Assembly (NCBI GenBank): GCA_028709705.1
Contig: JAQVWL010000002.1
Coordinates: forward strand, 68,184 to 132,183
From: Clostridia bacterium
Lineage (GTDB): Bacteria > Bacillota > Clostridia > Christensenellales > UBA1242
Reading direction: 5' to 3'
DNA length: 64,000 nucleotides
In this document: positions 9,450 through 19,441 of the stretch, one piece after another
How the letters are laid out: every line of letters begins with the position of its first letter
Position numbering within the stretch: the first letter of the stretch is position 1
Program-made: the position numbers and the translations under genes
The notes under the pieces: model-generated
The model's database searches: none
The model's input: the letters and a program-made list of their open reading frames with translations, nothing else
Told to the model about the DNA's origin: nothing

Positions 9450-10874
9450 ATGAAACAGTCACCCAAAATTTTACCCAACAGTTTAGAAGCAGAACAAGCA
9501 GTTTTGGCTTGTGTTTTGATTGATGAAGAAGCGCCTCTAAATATTTTGGCAAAATTGAAAGCAGATGATTTTTATTCGCAAGCACACAAAACAATTTATC
9601 AAAAAATGCTTGATATTTATGCCGAAAACAAACCTGTCGACTTTGTAACTTTGGTAGACAAACTTGAAAGAGCAAATGAACTTGAAACAGTTGGAGGGTT
9701 GGATTACATAACTTCTTTGACAAACAATTTGCCAAGTGCAAGCAATTTTAAACATTATTTAAACATTGTTAAGAACCATTCAAAATTAAGAAATTTGATT
9801 GATGCGGGGCAAAAAATAACAGAAGTTGCATTTGAAAAAGAAAACAGTCAAGAGGCAATGGCTTTTGCAGAAAAACAAATTTTTGACCTTGCGCAAAGCG
9901 AAGATAGTTCTTCTTTGCAACACATTGAAAAAGGATTGAAAAAGGTTATTGACAAGTTTGATTTAATAGCAAAAGACAGCAGTGTCTTGCGTGGTATTCC
10001 AACAGGATTTAAAGAATTTGACCATATAACAAATGGTTTGCAAAATTCAGATTTGATTTTACTTGCCGCTCGTCCCGGAGTTGGTAAAACAAGTTTGGCA
10101 ATGAATATTATAAACAACTCTGCAATCACTTATGGAAAAAAGTGTGCTGTTTTCTCACTTGAAATGCCTTTGGAACAACTCGCCCAAAGGTCGCTTTGCA
10201 GTGTTGCTTGCGTAAGTATGGAAAAAGCGCTTAATGGAACGCTTTCCGAAAAAGATTGGCAAGCATTATGGACAGCAAACAAAACACTAAATGGTGCAAG
10301 CATATTTGTTGATGACAATGGTCTCAACACCCCTATGGATATTTTGTCAAAATGCCGTCGTTTGAAAAGAGAAAAAGGGCTTGATCTTGTTATGATTGAC
10401 TATTTGCAACTTATGAAAAGTGGATTAAACACAGAAAATCGTGTACTTGAAATCAGCGAAATAACAAGAAATTTAAAAATAACAGCAAAAGAACTAAACA
10501 TTCCAATAATTTTACTTTCACAATTGTCAAGAGCAGTGGAAACAAGAAACGACCACAGACCAATGCTTTCAGACCTAAGAGATTCAGGAGCAATAGAACA
10601 AGATGCTGACATTGTTTTGTTTATATACAATCCAGCAAAATATAACGATGTTGTTAGCGAAGATGGCGAGGGCATAATTGAACTTGAAATTGCAAAACAT
10701 AGAAATGGTTCAACCGGTAGAATAAAATTAAGATGGATTGGGGAATGGCTTTCTTTTGTAAACAAAGACAAATATTACACCAACAAGCAAACAAACAATG
10801 AGAACGCAGAAGACATAACAGAAATGCAAGATACTTCTGAAATAAAAGAAATTTTTGACCAACCACAAAATTAA
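9450..10874 (+). CDS. dnaB: Replicative DNA helicase (DnaB family)
   Basis: LPNSLEAEQAVLACVL, Walker A GARPGVGKT, and SQLSRAVETR...LSDLRDSGAIEQDAD. Confidence 0.95.
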   Translation: MKQSPKILPNSLEAEQAVLACVLIDEEAPLNILAKLKADDFYSQAHKTIYQKMLDIYAENKPVDFVTLVDKLERANELETVGGLDYITSLTNNLPSASNFKHYLNIVKNHSKLRNLIDAGQKITEVAFEKENSQEAMAFAEKQIFDLAQSEDSSSLQHIEKGLKKVIDKFDLIAKDSSVLRGIPTGFKEFDHITNGLQNSDLILLAARPGVGKTSLAMNIINNSAITYGKKCAVFSLEMPLEQLAQRSLCSVACVSMEKALNGTLSEKDWQALWTANKTLNGASIFVDDNGLNTPMDILSKCRRLKREKGLDLVMIDYLQLMKSGLNTENRVLEISEITRNLKITAKELNIPIILLSQLSRAVETRNDHRPMLSDLRDSGAIEQDADIVLFIYNPAKYNDVVSEDGEGIIELEIAKHRNGSTGRIKLRWIGEWLSFVNKDKYYTNKQTNNENAEDITEMQDTSEIKEIFDQPQN

Positions 10875-10891
10875 AAAATATTGAGGGAAAA

Positions 10892-11266
10892 ATGGAAAAC
10901 GAATTGATAACAAAAGCATATAAAGCTTTAAAGGGTAGTTATTCGCCATATTCTAATTTTAAAGTTGGAGCTTGTCTGCTGACCAAAAATGGCAAAAGTT
11001 ATTGCGGTGCAAATGTTGAAAATGCAAGTTATGGACTGACAGTTTGCGCTGAAAGAACTGCGGTTTTTAAAGCAGTCAACTCGGGCGAAAAAGATTTTTT
11101 GGCAATAGCAATCATTTCAAATTCCAAAAAAGATTTTTGCTATCCTTGCGGTGCGTGCTTGCAGGTTTTGGCAGAATTTTCAAGTGATATGAAAATAATT
11201 GTTTGCAAATCGACAAAAGAATACAAAATATTTACAATAAAAGAACTTTTACCACATAATTTTTGA
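10892..11266 (+). CDS. cdd: Cytidine deaminase
   Basis: CAERTAVFKAV and CYPCGACLQVLAEF zinc-binding motifs, 124 aa. It ends with a TGA stop. Confidence 0.9.
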   Translation: MENELITKAYKALKGSYSPYSNFKVGACLLTKNGKSYCGANVENASYGLTVCAERTAVFKAVNSGEKDFLAIAIISNSKKDFCYPCGACLQVLAEFSSDMKIIVCKSTKEYKIFTIKELLPHNF

Positions 11267-11283
11267 TTTATAATAAAAGGGTG

Positions 11284-11754
11284 ATGAGAATTATGAAAAG
11301 GATTTTAGAAAGAGGCAAATTATTGTCTAACAAAAAAAATCCAGTATCAAAAAGGTTTATGGATAGTTGGGAAAAACAGGTAAAAAACATTATTTATCCG
11401 GAAAGGTTAAATGAATGGCGTGAACTTGGTGTTGGTGTTTGGTCAGGTGTTGTTGACAAAAACACTATTGAAGTTGCTGTTGATGTTATGCAAGAATTGC
11501 AAGATAATCAAACTTTTGAAAAAGTCAAAGCGGATATGGATGAAATAAAAAAAGAAAAATTATATGATATTCAAAAAATAATGAAAACTGTTTTAAATTT
11601 TTCAAAAAAGGGCCCGGAGTTTTATTTAGATTACTATAAAATAAAAGACACTTTTTGTTATCAGAAAATAGAAGCAATTCAAAATGAGAATTTTGAATTT
11701 GAACAAAACTTTCAAAAACAACTTAAAAACAACCAAAAAGAAAGAGAACAATAG
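11284..11754 (+). CDS. Hypothetical protein
   Basis: ORF with a probable ATG start at 11284 after AAAGGGTG. I recognise no family. Confidence 0.5.
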   Translation: MRIMKRILERGKLLSNKKNPVSKRFMDSWEKQVKNIIYPERLNEWRELGVGVWSGVVDKNTIEVAVDVMQELQDNQTFEKVKADMDEIKKEKLYDIQKIMKTVLNFSKKGPEFYLDYYKIKDTFCYQKIEAIQNENFEFEQNFQKQLKNNQKEREQ

Positions 11755-11813
11755 TATTTGTTTGATTTTTTTTTGTTTTTTTGATAAACTGATTTTTATA
11801 AGGGAATTAGTTT

Positions 11814-14171
11814 ATGGATAAAAGTTATTTACAAAAAGATAGACCGAGTAAAGCCGTTTTAGAAAAAATGAACGCGTATTGGCGAGCAACAAACTATTTG
11901 TCTGCCATTCAATTATATTTATTGGATAATCCTTTGTTAAAAAAACCTTTAACAAAAAAAGACATAAAACAAAGAATTGTTGGACCTTGGGGAACAGCAC
12001 CGGGGCAAAATTTTGTTTATGTTCATCTTAACAGAGCAATAAAAAAATTTGATTTGAATATGATACTTCTTTCTGGACCAGGGCATGGGGGACATTTTTG
12101 GACTGCAAATACTTATTTGGAAGGCACTTATTCAGAATTTTATCCACAAGTTAGTCAAGATGAAAAAGGACTAAAAAAGTTTTGCAAACAATTTTGTTTT
12201 CCTTTTGGGGTTTCCAGCCATGTAGCGCCGGAAATGCCGGGCTCAATCCACGAAGGTGGCGAACTTGGTTATGTTTTGGGGCACGCTTTTGGAGCAGTTT
12301 TTGACAATCCTGACCTTATTGCAACCGCTATTGTTGGCGATGGAGAGGCCGAAACAGGTCCTCTTGCAACTTCTTGGCACTCAAACAAGTTTTTAAATCC
12401 TATTACCGATGGCGCAGTTTTACCGATTTTGCATCTTAATGGTTACAAAGTTTTTAACCCAACCGTTTTGGCAAGAATTTCACATGAAGAACTTGAAGAT
12501 TTTTTTAAAGGTTGCGGTTGGAAACCTTATTTTGTCGAAGGTTCACAACCAATAGAAATGCACGCAAAAATGGCCGACACTGTTAATAAAGTTATTAAAG
12601 AAATTAAAAACCTTCAAAAAATAGCAAGAACGACAAACAACGCAGCAAGGCCAATTTGGCCAATGATTGTTTTGTGTTCGCCCAAAGGTTGGACTTGCCC
12701 AAAAGAAGTTGATGGTTTGAAAATTGAAGATTCGCACAATGCTTATCATGTTCCATATTCAATGAAAGAACAATCTCATATTTTGGAGTTGGAAACTTGG
12801 TTAAAAAGTTATAAACCCGAAGAATTGTTTGACGAAAACGGAAAATTTTTAGAAGAACTTGAAGAACTTGCCCCAACAGGTGCAATGCGGTTGGGTAGCA
12901 ACCCAAATGCAAATGGGGGTTTGTTTTTAAAAGAACTTGACTTGCCAGACTTTAAAGAATATGCAGTTGATGTAAAAACAGCAGGGGATAGACACAATCA
13001 AGACACAACTGTTTTAAGCAAGTTTATTCGTGATATTATAAAAAGAAACCCAAACAATTTTAGGATATTTAGCCCAGATGAAATGGTTTCAAACCGAATG
13101 GGTGCAGTGTATGAAACAACAAACAACGTATTAAACGCAGAAATTTATCCAAGTGATGAAAGCATTGCAAGACAAGGCAGAGTTATGGACGCTTACCTTA
13201 GCGAGCATATGTGTGAAGGGTGGCTTGAAGGGTACTTACTAACAGGCAGGCACGGAACTTTTATTACTTATGCTGCTTTTGTAAGAGTTGTAGATTCAAT
13301 GATATCCCAACATGCAAAATGGTTAAAAATGGCAAAAGAATTGCCTTGGCGAAAAGACATTGCTTCTTTAAATATTGTTTTAACATCACACGCTTGGCAA
13401 CAAGATCATAATGGTTATTCACATCAAGATCCCGGACTTTTAGACCATTTAGCAAACAAACGGGGCGAAATTATAAGAATGTATTTGCCACCTGATGCAA
13501 ATTGTTTGTTGGCTTGTTATGATCATTGTATAAGATCAAAAAACTATATAAATGCAATAGTTACTTCAAAAATACCTTCTTATCAGTGGCTTAATATAGA
13601 AGAAGCAATAAAACATTGCAAAAATGGTTTGGGTGTTTGGCAATGGGCAAGTAATGACAAAGGCAATCCTGATGTTGTTATTGCTTGTGCCGGTGATGTT
13701 ATAACGCTTGAAACTTTGGCGGCTGTTTCAATTTTAAAAGAAAACTTGCCAAGTTTGAAAATAAAGTTTATTAATGTTGTAAATCTTATGAAACTTGCAA
13801 CACCAGAAACTCACCCGCACGGATTAATTGATGAAGAATATAACGAATTATTTACAACCGACAAGCCAATAATTTTTAATTATCATGGTTATCCTAGTTT
13901 GATTCATGAACTTACTTGGTCAAGACAAAACAGGAACATAAATGTGTGTGGGTACAGGGAAGAGGGTAGGATATCAACACCTTTTGATATAAGAGTTCAA
14001 AACAAAGTTGATAGATTTAATTTTGTAAAATTGATTTTAAGCAAAATACCACAAACAAAAAAAGTTAAAGACTTGGACAAAAAAATGGATGAAATTTTGA
14101 AAAAACACAATAAATATATTGCAAAATATGGAATAGACTTACCAGAAGTAAGAGAATGGAGTTGGAAATAA
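11814..14171 (+). CDS. xfp: Xylulose-5-phosphate/fructose-6-phosphate phosphoketolase
   Basis: 785 aa with WRATNYLSAIQLYL..DNPLL, GHGGHFWTANTYLEGTYSEFYP and EGGELGY motifs. Confidence 0.93.
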   Translation: MDKSYLQKDRPSKAVLEKMNAYWRATNYLSAIQLYLLDNPLLKKPLTKKDIKQRIVGPWGTAPGQNFVYVHLNRAIKKFDLNMILLSGPGHGGHFWTANTYLEGTYSEFYPQVSQDEKGLKKFCKQFCFPFGVSSHVAPEMPGSIHEGGELGYVLGHAFGAVFDNPDLIATAIVGDGEAETGPLATSWHSNKFLNPITDGAVLPILHLNGYKVFNPTVLARISHEELEDFFKGCGWKPYFVEGSQPIEMHAKMADTVNKVIKEIKNLQKIARTTNNAARPIWPMIVLCSPKGWTCPKEVDGLKIEDSHNAYHVPYSMKEQSHILELETWLKSYKPEELFDENGKFLEELEELAPTGAMRLGSNPNANGGLFLKELDLPDFKEYAVDVKTAGDRHNQDTTVLSKFIRDIIKRNPNNFRIFSPDEMVSNRMGAVYETTNNVLNAEIYPSDESIARQGRVMDAYLSEHMCEGWLEGYLLTGRHGTFITYAAFVRVVDSMISQHAKWLKMAKELPWRKDIASLNIVLTSHAWQQDHNGYSHQDPGLLDHLANKRGEIIRMYLPPDANCLLACYDHCIRSKNYINAIVTSKIPSYQWLNIEEAIKHCKNGLGVWQWASNDKGNPDVVIACAGDVITLETLAAVSILKENLPSLKIKFINVVNLMKLATPETHPHGLIDEEYNELFTTDKPIIFNYHGYPSLIHELTWSRQNRNINVCGYREEGRISTPFDIRVQNKVDRFNFVKLILSKIPQTKKVKDLDKKMDEILKKHNKYIAKYGIDLPEVREWSWK

Positions 14172-14201
14172 AAAAACCCGAGCATATACTCGGGTTTTTT
14201 T
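14170..14201 (+). terminator. Intrinsic terminator after xfp
   Basis: CCCGAG(14177-14182)/CTCGGG(14189-14194) followed by T7. Confidence 0.85.
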
Positions 14202-14503
14202 ATAAAATATGATCTTTACTTATTTTGTTTTTTAATTCTACCAATTTTTTTGGTTTTTAATAGAAAGATATTCAAATATATGTGACATTTTAATAGCACC
14301 TATTTTACCTAATAACAAACCGACAGCAATAGTGTTTAATCCTTTGTAGTATCCAACTATAACTCCGCTAGTATTGTTTTTTGTCAATAGTGTTTTGTCG
14401 TAAGCAAAAAACACAAAATTTTACCATATTGATAATTATTTTGGTTATAATAATATAACTAAAATAATTATTAATAAAAAGCATTGCTCTATTGTGTAAA
14501 AAC

Positions 14504-14520
14504 TTATCCACATTTCCACA
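14504..14520 (+). promoter_or_regulatory. DnaA-box dyad TTATCCACA+TTTCCACA
   Basis: A perfect consensus TTATCCACA (14504-14512) directly abuts TTTCCACA. The same TCCACATTTCCAC core recurs at 31137-31149 and, reversed, at 31001-31013. Confidence 0.6.
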
Positions 14521-14814
14521 AAAATAACTATATTTTTGTGTATAACTAAAATTTTAAGATTTGAAAAAATAAATAAGAAAATTCTAACTTCATTAAAGCA
14601 ATCAAACGCATTTAATTTTAATTGTGGTTTTTTTTATTTTTATAATTTCAATTTGGGAAGTATAACGCATAAACCAAAATTTAATTTTTGTTTATTTATT
14701 TTTTTTAATTATTATAATTATTAGAAAATTAAATTTAATAAAAAATTTTTATTTTTATTTTTTATATTAACTAATTAATTTTTTATAATTTAAAAAAATG
14801 TTTGTTTACAAAAT

Positions 14815-14830
14815 TGTTTCACGTGAAACA
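14815..14830. promoter_or_regulatory. parS site 1 (TGTTTCACGTGAAACA)
   Basis: A perfect 16-bp palindrome matching the Firmicutes parS consensus TGTTNCACGTGAAACA. Confidence 0.9.
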
Positions 14831-14870
14831 CATAATGCAATACATTGCTTTATAAATAAAGAAGCTAAAT

Positions 14871-14886
14871 TGTTTCACGTGGAACA
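14871..14886. promoter_or_regulatory. parS site 2 (TGTTTCACGTGGAACA)
   Basis: One mismatch from the palindrome, and the same family as sites 1 and 3. Confidence 0.85.
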
Positions 14887-14908
14887 ATTTAAAGAGTTTG
14901 TGTAAAAA

Positions 14909-14924
14909 TGTTTCACGTGAAACA
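14909..14924. promoter_or_regulatory. parS site 3 (TGTTTCACGTGAAACA)
   Basis: A perfect 16-bp parS palindrome, 45 nt downstream of the parB stop. Confidence 0.9.
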
Positions 14925-14948
14925 AAAAATACAAGCCACCGCTTGTAT
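14924..14948 (-). terminator. Intrinsic terminator after parB
   Basis: ATACAAGC(14929-14936)/GCTTGTAT(14941-14948). On the minus strand the hairpin is followed by a T-run (complement of 14924-14928). Confidence 0.65.
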
Positions 14949-14968
14949 TTTATAGAAATTTATGTATT

Positions 14969-15928
14969 TTAACTGCGTTTTGCTTTGTTGTTAAAGTTTT
15001 TTAAGTCTTCAAGGGTTAGTTTTTTGCTTTTTAATATTTCTATTAATTCAAAAATCCTATCTAAATCATCTCTTGAAAAATATTCAATATTAATCTTTCC
15101 TTTATTATCATTACCAGTAATCGACACTTTGGTTGCAAAAACTCTTTGTAATTCTTCTGTAAAATCAATTAACTCATTGCTTTGTATAATATCATCTTTT
15201 AATTTGTTTTCTTGCTTATTTGTTGCATTTTTAACTAATTTTTCCAAATCTCTTACACTTAATTTGTTTTCTACTGCAATTTTTGCAATTTTTATTTGCA
15301 ATTTTTCATCATTTATAGTTATTAAAGCCCTTGCATGCCCTGCACTTAAATAATTATTTTCAACCATTAATAATATTTCTGATGGCAAATTTAATAATCT
15401 AATTAGATTTGCAATATTTGGTCTACTTTTTCCAATTCTGTCAGCAACAACTTCTTGGGTAAAGTTATATTCTTCCATCAATTGCTTTATCGCCCTTGCT
15501 GCTTCAATTGGGTTTAAATCTTCTCTTTGCAAGTTTTCAATCAAGGCAACTTCTTTAATTTGCCTTTCTGTGTAATCTTTAATTATGCAAGGGATTTGAT
15601 TTAAACCTGCAAGTTTAGACGCTCTAAAACGCCTTTCCCCCGCTATTATTAAAAACTTTCCGTTTTCAATTTTGTTAACAATAATTGGTTGTATAACCCC
15701 ATGTTGTTTTATACTTTCTGACAAATCCGCAAGCGCACTTTCATCAAATATTTTTCTTGGTTGATTAGGGTTCACCATCAACAAATCAAGACTTATTTGA
15801 CTTATTCCTTCATCATTTTTTCGGTTTTGTTGTAATTCATTATTGCTGTCTATATCGTTTTCATCGTCATAAATAGACATTAGTGCAGACAAACCTTTAC
15901 CTAAACCTTTTTTATTTATCATCGCCAT
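14969..15928 (-). CDS. parB: Chromosome partitioning protein ParB/Spo0J
   Basis: KGLGKGLSALM, GERRFRASKLAG and HTH-region motifs. The start is probably the ATG at 15928 or 15922. The start at 15943 in the ORF track is a TTG extension. Confidence 0.93.
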   Translation of the reverse strand: MAMINKKGLGKGLSALMSIYDDENDIDSNNELQQNRKNDEGISQISLDLLMVNPNQPRKIFDESALADLSESIKQHGVIQPIIVNKIENGKFLIIAGERRFRASKLAGLNQIPCIIKDYTERQIKEVALIENLQREDLNPIEAARAIKQLMEEYNFTQEVVADRIGKSRPNIANLIRLLNLPSEILLMVENNYLSAGHARALITINDEKLQIKIAKIAVENKLSVRDLEKLVKNATNKQENKLKDDIIQSNELIDFTEELQRVFATKVSITGNDNKGKINIEYFSRDDLDRIFELIEILKSKKLTLEDLKNFNNKAKRS

Positions 15929-16739
15929 TTCCCCTAAGTTCAACTTTGGTATGTTTGGTTATTTTATTATAACTATCTTTGTTTCTTTCAAGCAGTTCTT
16001 CTGCCAATTTAAGATAAGCGTCTGCCCCTTTTGAGTTTGAATCATATGTAATAATTGGTTCACCATGGCTTGGCGCTTCAGCTAACCTAATATTTCTAGG
16101 TATATAAGTGTCAAAAACTTTTTTACCAAAAAATTTAACTATTTCACCACTTACTTCCGCAATCAAGTTTGAACGATTGTCTTTCATGGTTAAAACCACA
16201 CCCTCAACGTTAAGGGAAGGATTTAGATGTTGCTTTATTAATCTAACAGTATTCATAAGTTGACTTAATCCTTCAAGTGCAAAAAATTCACACTGTATTG
16301 GAATGACAATTGAATGCGATGCGGTTAAAGCATTAACCGTTAACAAACCCAAAGATGGAGGGCAATCAATCATAATATAATCATAATCATCTAAAATTCG
16401 ACCTAAAATGTTTTTAATTATTTTTTCCCTTGAACTCATTTGGACCAAATCAATTTCCGCACCAGCCAAATCAACTGTTGCAGGAATAATATCCAAATTT
16501 TTTATGTGAGTTTTTAAAATTGACTCTTTTACCGAACACTCGCCATCTATTACATTATATATTGTTTTAACTTTGGAACTTTTTTCTATCCCAACCCCAC
16601 TTGTAGCGTTCCCTTGCGGATCCATATCCAAAATCAAAACTCTTTTGCCCATTATGGCAACATACGCTGAAAGGTTTATGCAGGTGGTAGTCTTCCCAAC
16701 TCCGCCTTTTTGATTTGCAAATGCTATAATTTTTCCCAT
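15912..16739 (-). CDS. parA: Chromosome partitioning ATPase ParA/Soj
   Basis: MGKIIAFANQKGGVGKTTT is a deviant Walker A motif. GGAG lies upstream of the ATG at 16739. Confidence 0.93.
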   Translation of the reverse strand: MGKIIAFANQKGGVGKTTTCINLSAYVAIMGKRVLILDMDPQGNATSGVGIEKSSKVKTIYNVIDGECSVKESILKTHIKNLDIIPATVDLAGAEIDLVQMSSREKIIKNILGRILDDYDYIMIDCPPSLGLLTVNALTASHSIVIPIQCEFFALEGLSQLMNTVRLIKQHLNPSLNVEGVVLTMKDNRSNLIAEVSGEIVKFFGKKVFDTYIPRNIRLAEAPSHGEPIITYDSNSKGADAYLKLAEELLERNKDSYNKITKHTKVELRGNGDDK

Positions 16740-16816
16740 AATAACTCCAATCTTGTAAATATTATAGCATAATAAATAAAAAATCACAATAATTTTAAAA
16801 AAATAACAATAAATTA

Positions 16817-17500
16817 CTATAAAGGTTTAAGTTTGGGGAGATTTTTTCCCCTTGGAAACATATTGTTACATGCTTTAATTTTTTTTATTACAATAATAGT
16901 TCTTTTGTTTCCTTCAATATCATAATTTAGCACTTTCTCAATTTTTCCACCCAAAATTTTTAATGCGTTTTCTATATTTATTTCTTGTTCTACATTTGAA
17001 GATTTATAAGCAAGAAAAAATCCTCCAACCATTAAAAAAGGCAAAGCGTATTCAATTAATGTTGACAAACTTGCTACAGCCCTTACTACCACATAATCAA
17101 ATTTTTCTTTTTGCTTATACTCTTCTATTCTACTATGAACTGCATTTGTATTTTTCAAATTTAACAATTTGATGATATGGTCTAAAAAAATAACTCTTTT
17201 ATTTAAACTATCTAGCATTGTAATTTTCAAATCATCTCTAACAAATTTTAATGGCAAGGAAGGAAAACCCGCCCCAGCACCAATATCCAAAACTTTTGCA
17301 TTTTGTTCAATCAAAAAATGTGGGAAAGCACTATCTAAAAAATGCTTAACAATTACTTCATTTTCTTCAACTATACTGGTGAGATTAATATGTTTATTAT
17401 ATTCAATTAATTCATTAAAAAAAATAATAAAATAATTAATATTTGTATTATTAATATTTATATTATATTTTTTTAATATTATTTTTATTTTTTCTTCCAT
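16817..17500 (-). CDS. rsmG: 16S rRNA (guanine527-N7)-methyltransferase
   Basis: NLTSI...HFLDS...DIGAGAGFPSLPLK and the conserved position between parA and mnmG. Confidence 0.88.
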   Translation of the reverse strand: MEEKIKIILKKYNININNTNINYFIIFFNELIEYNKHINLTSIVEENEVIVKHFLDSAFPHFLIEQNAKVLDIGAGAGFPSLPLKFVRDDLKITMLDSLNKRVIFLDHIIKLLNLKNTNAVHSRIEEYKQKEKFDYVVVRAVASLSTLIEYALPFLMVGGFFLAYKSSNVEQEINIENALKILGGKIEKVLNYDIEGNKRTIIVIKKIKACNNMFPRGKNLPKLKPL

Positions 17501-17555
17501 TATTTTTACTTTTTTACTTTTTATTATTAAAATTAATTAGGAAATTAATTAATAA

Positions 17556-19424
17556 TTATTTATTTAATTTATTTATTTTTAAATAGATAATTAATATTGA
17601 AATATCTGCTGGCGAAACTCCTGAAATCCTTGATGCTTGAGCAATTGTTAAAGGCCTAATTTTATTTAGCTTTTGCCTTGCTTCCAATCTCAACCCCTTT
17701 AACTCCGCGTAATCAATGTCTTCTGGTAGTTTTGCTTGTTCTTGTTTCATCATTTTTTCTATGTCTTCTTTTTGCTGTTTTAAATACCCCTCATATTTAA
17801 TTTCTGTATTTATTGCTTCTAAAATATTTGGTGCGAAATTATTAAAAATATTAAATTCATTATTAATATCAAAAATATTAATATTACTTCTTTTAATTAA
17901 ATCAATTATTTTTATTGGTTGCCTTGGAATGCTTTCATTTTTGTTTTTTAATAAATTAATTAATTTTTCATCAATTTTTAAATTATTTTTTAATATTTTT
18001 TTACAATTTTCTAAATTAATTAGTTTTTCTTTAAAAATTTTATATCTTTCACTATCAACCAAACCAACTTCTTTTCCAATTTCTGTCAGCCTAATGTCTG
18101 CATTATCTTGTCTTAACCACAACCTATACTCCGCCCTTGATGTCATCATTCGATATGGTTCGTTTGTTCCTTTTGTTACCAAGTCGTCAATCAAAACTCC
18201 AATGTAAGAACTGTTTCTACTTAATACAAGTTGCTCTTTTTGTTTTAAAAACAAATTGGCATTTATACCTGCAATTAATCCTTGCGCGGCCGCTTCTTCA
18301 TATCCACTCGTTCCATTTATTTGCCCAGCAGTAAATATTCCTAAAATGTTTTTATATTCCAAGGTTGGTTTAAGTTGCAAGGAATCAATGCAATCATACT
18401 CAATAGCATAAGCATTTCGCATTATTTTTACATTTTCAAGTCCTTTTATCGAAGGATATATTTGGTTTTGAATTTCAACAGGCATTGATGTGCTAATGCC
18501 TTGAACATAAATTTCATCAGTTGACATTGACTCCGGCTCCAAAAAAACTTGATGCGTTTCTTTGTCTGCAAAACGCATTATTTTATCTTCTATTGATGGG
18601 CAATATCTAGGACCAATTCCCTTAATAAGTCCACAATATAGTGGGGCTTTGTCTATATTTTTGAGTATTATTTTTTTGGTTTTCGGCGTTGTATGTGTAA
18701 GATAACAAACTGCTATATTTTTTGGCGTTTCTTTACTTAAAAAACTAAAACTTTGAATATTGTTGTCGCCTTCTTGTTTTTCTAGTATGTTAAAATTTAT
18801 TGATTTACCGCTTACTCGAGCAGGCGTTCCTGTTTTAAACCTGAAAATATTAAAGCCTAATTTAATTAAACTTTCGGTCAGTTTGTTTGCTGGCGCAAAA
18901 CCGTTTGGTCCACTTTCTCTTGTATATTTTCCAATTATTATTTTACTTTTTAGATAAACTCCGGTAGCAATTACTATAACATTGCACAAAAAGGTTTCGC
19001 CTTGGGCGGTTTTTACTCCACATACTTTGCCGTTTTCCACCAATATTTCTTCTACTTCCGCTTGTTTTAGTGTTAAATTTTCTTGGTCTTCAATAACTCT
19101 TTTCATACGGTTATGATATTCCAATTTGTCGGCTTGGGCACGTAAACTGTAAACTGCTGGGCCTTTGCTTCTGTTTAGCATTCTTATTTGAATAAGTGTT
19201 TTGTCGGTGTTGACACCCATTTCCCCGCCAAGTGCGTCAATTTCGCAAACCAAATGACCTTTTGCAGTTCCACCAATAGATGGATTGCAAGCCAAGAAAG
19301 CGACTGCGTCAAGATTAAGTGTTAAAAGGAGCGTGTTGTTCCCAGTTCTTGCTAGCGCTAAACCAGCCTCGCAACCTGCGTGACCTGCACCTATTACAAT
19401 TGCATCAAATTTTTTGTTTTCCAT
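17556..19424 (-). CDS. mnmG: tRNA uridine 5-carboxymethylaminomethyl modification enzyme MnmG (GidA)
   Basis: [21 protein letters not shown], 622 aa. Confidence 0.96.
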   Translation of the reverse strand: MENKKFDAIVIGAGHAGCEAGLALARTGNNTLLLTLNLDAVAFLACNPSIGGTAKGHLVCEIDALGGEMGVNTDKTLIQIRMLNRSKGPAVYSLRAQADKLEYHNRMKRVIEDQENLTLKQAEVEEILVENGKVCGVKTAQGETFLCNVIVIATGVYLKSKIIIGKYTRESGPNGFAPANKLTESLIKLGFNIFRFKTGTPARVSGKSINFNILEKQEGDNNIQSFSFLSKETPKNIAVCYLTHTTPKTKKIILKNIDKAPLYCGLIKGIGPRYCPSIEDKIMRFADKETHQVFLEPESMSTDEIYVQGISTSMPVEIQNQIYPSIKGLENVKIMRNAYAIEYDCIDSLQLKPTLEYKNILGIFTAGQINGTSGYEEAAAQGLIAGINANLFLKQKEQLVLSRNSSYIGVLIDDLVTKGTNEPYRMMTSRAEYRLWLRQDNADIRLTEIGKEVGLVDSERYKIFKEKLINLENCKKILKNNLKIDEKLINLLKNKNESIPRQPIKIIDLIKRSNINIFDINNEFNIFNNFAPNILEAINTEIKYEGYLKQQKEDIEKMMKQEQAKLPEDIDYAELKGLRLEARQKLNKIRPLTIAQASRISGVSPADISILIIYLKINKLNK

Positions 19425-19441
19425 TTTTACCTTTTAAGAAC

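Noticed and set aside
14240-14404. A 54-codon minus-strand ORF (TTG start; ...GVIVGYYKGLNTIAVGLLLGKIGAIKMSHIFEYLSIKNQKNW*)
   Set aside because: It is short, has no RBS, uses a non-ATG start and has no recognisable family. It may be a remnant of a membrane-protein gene, but I cannot support calling it.
14440-14470. The palindrome GTTATAATAATATAAC as a dif (XerCD) site at the convergent junction
   Set aside because: It does not match the ATAA-N6-TTAT core or the arm consensus of Firmicutes dif. A terminus 16 kb from dnaA is also implausible.
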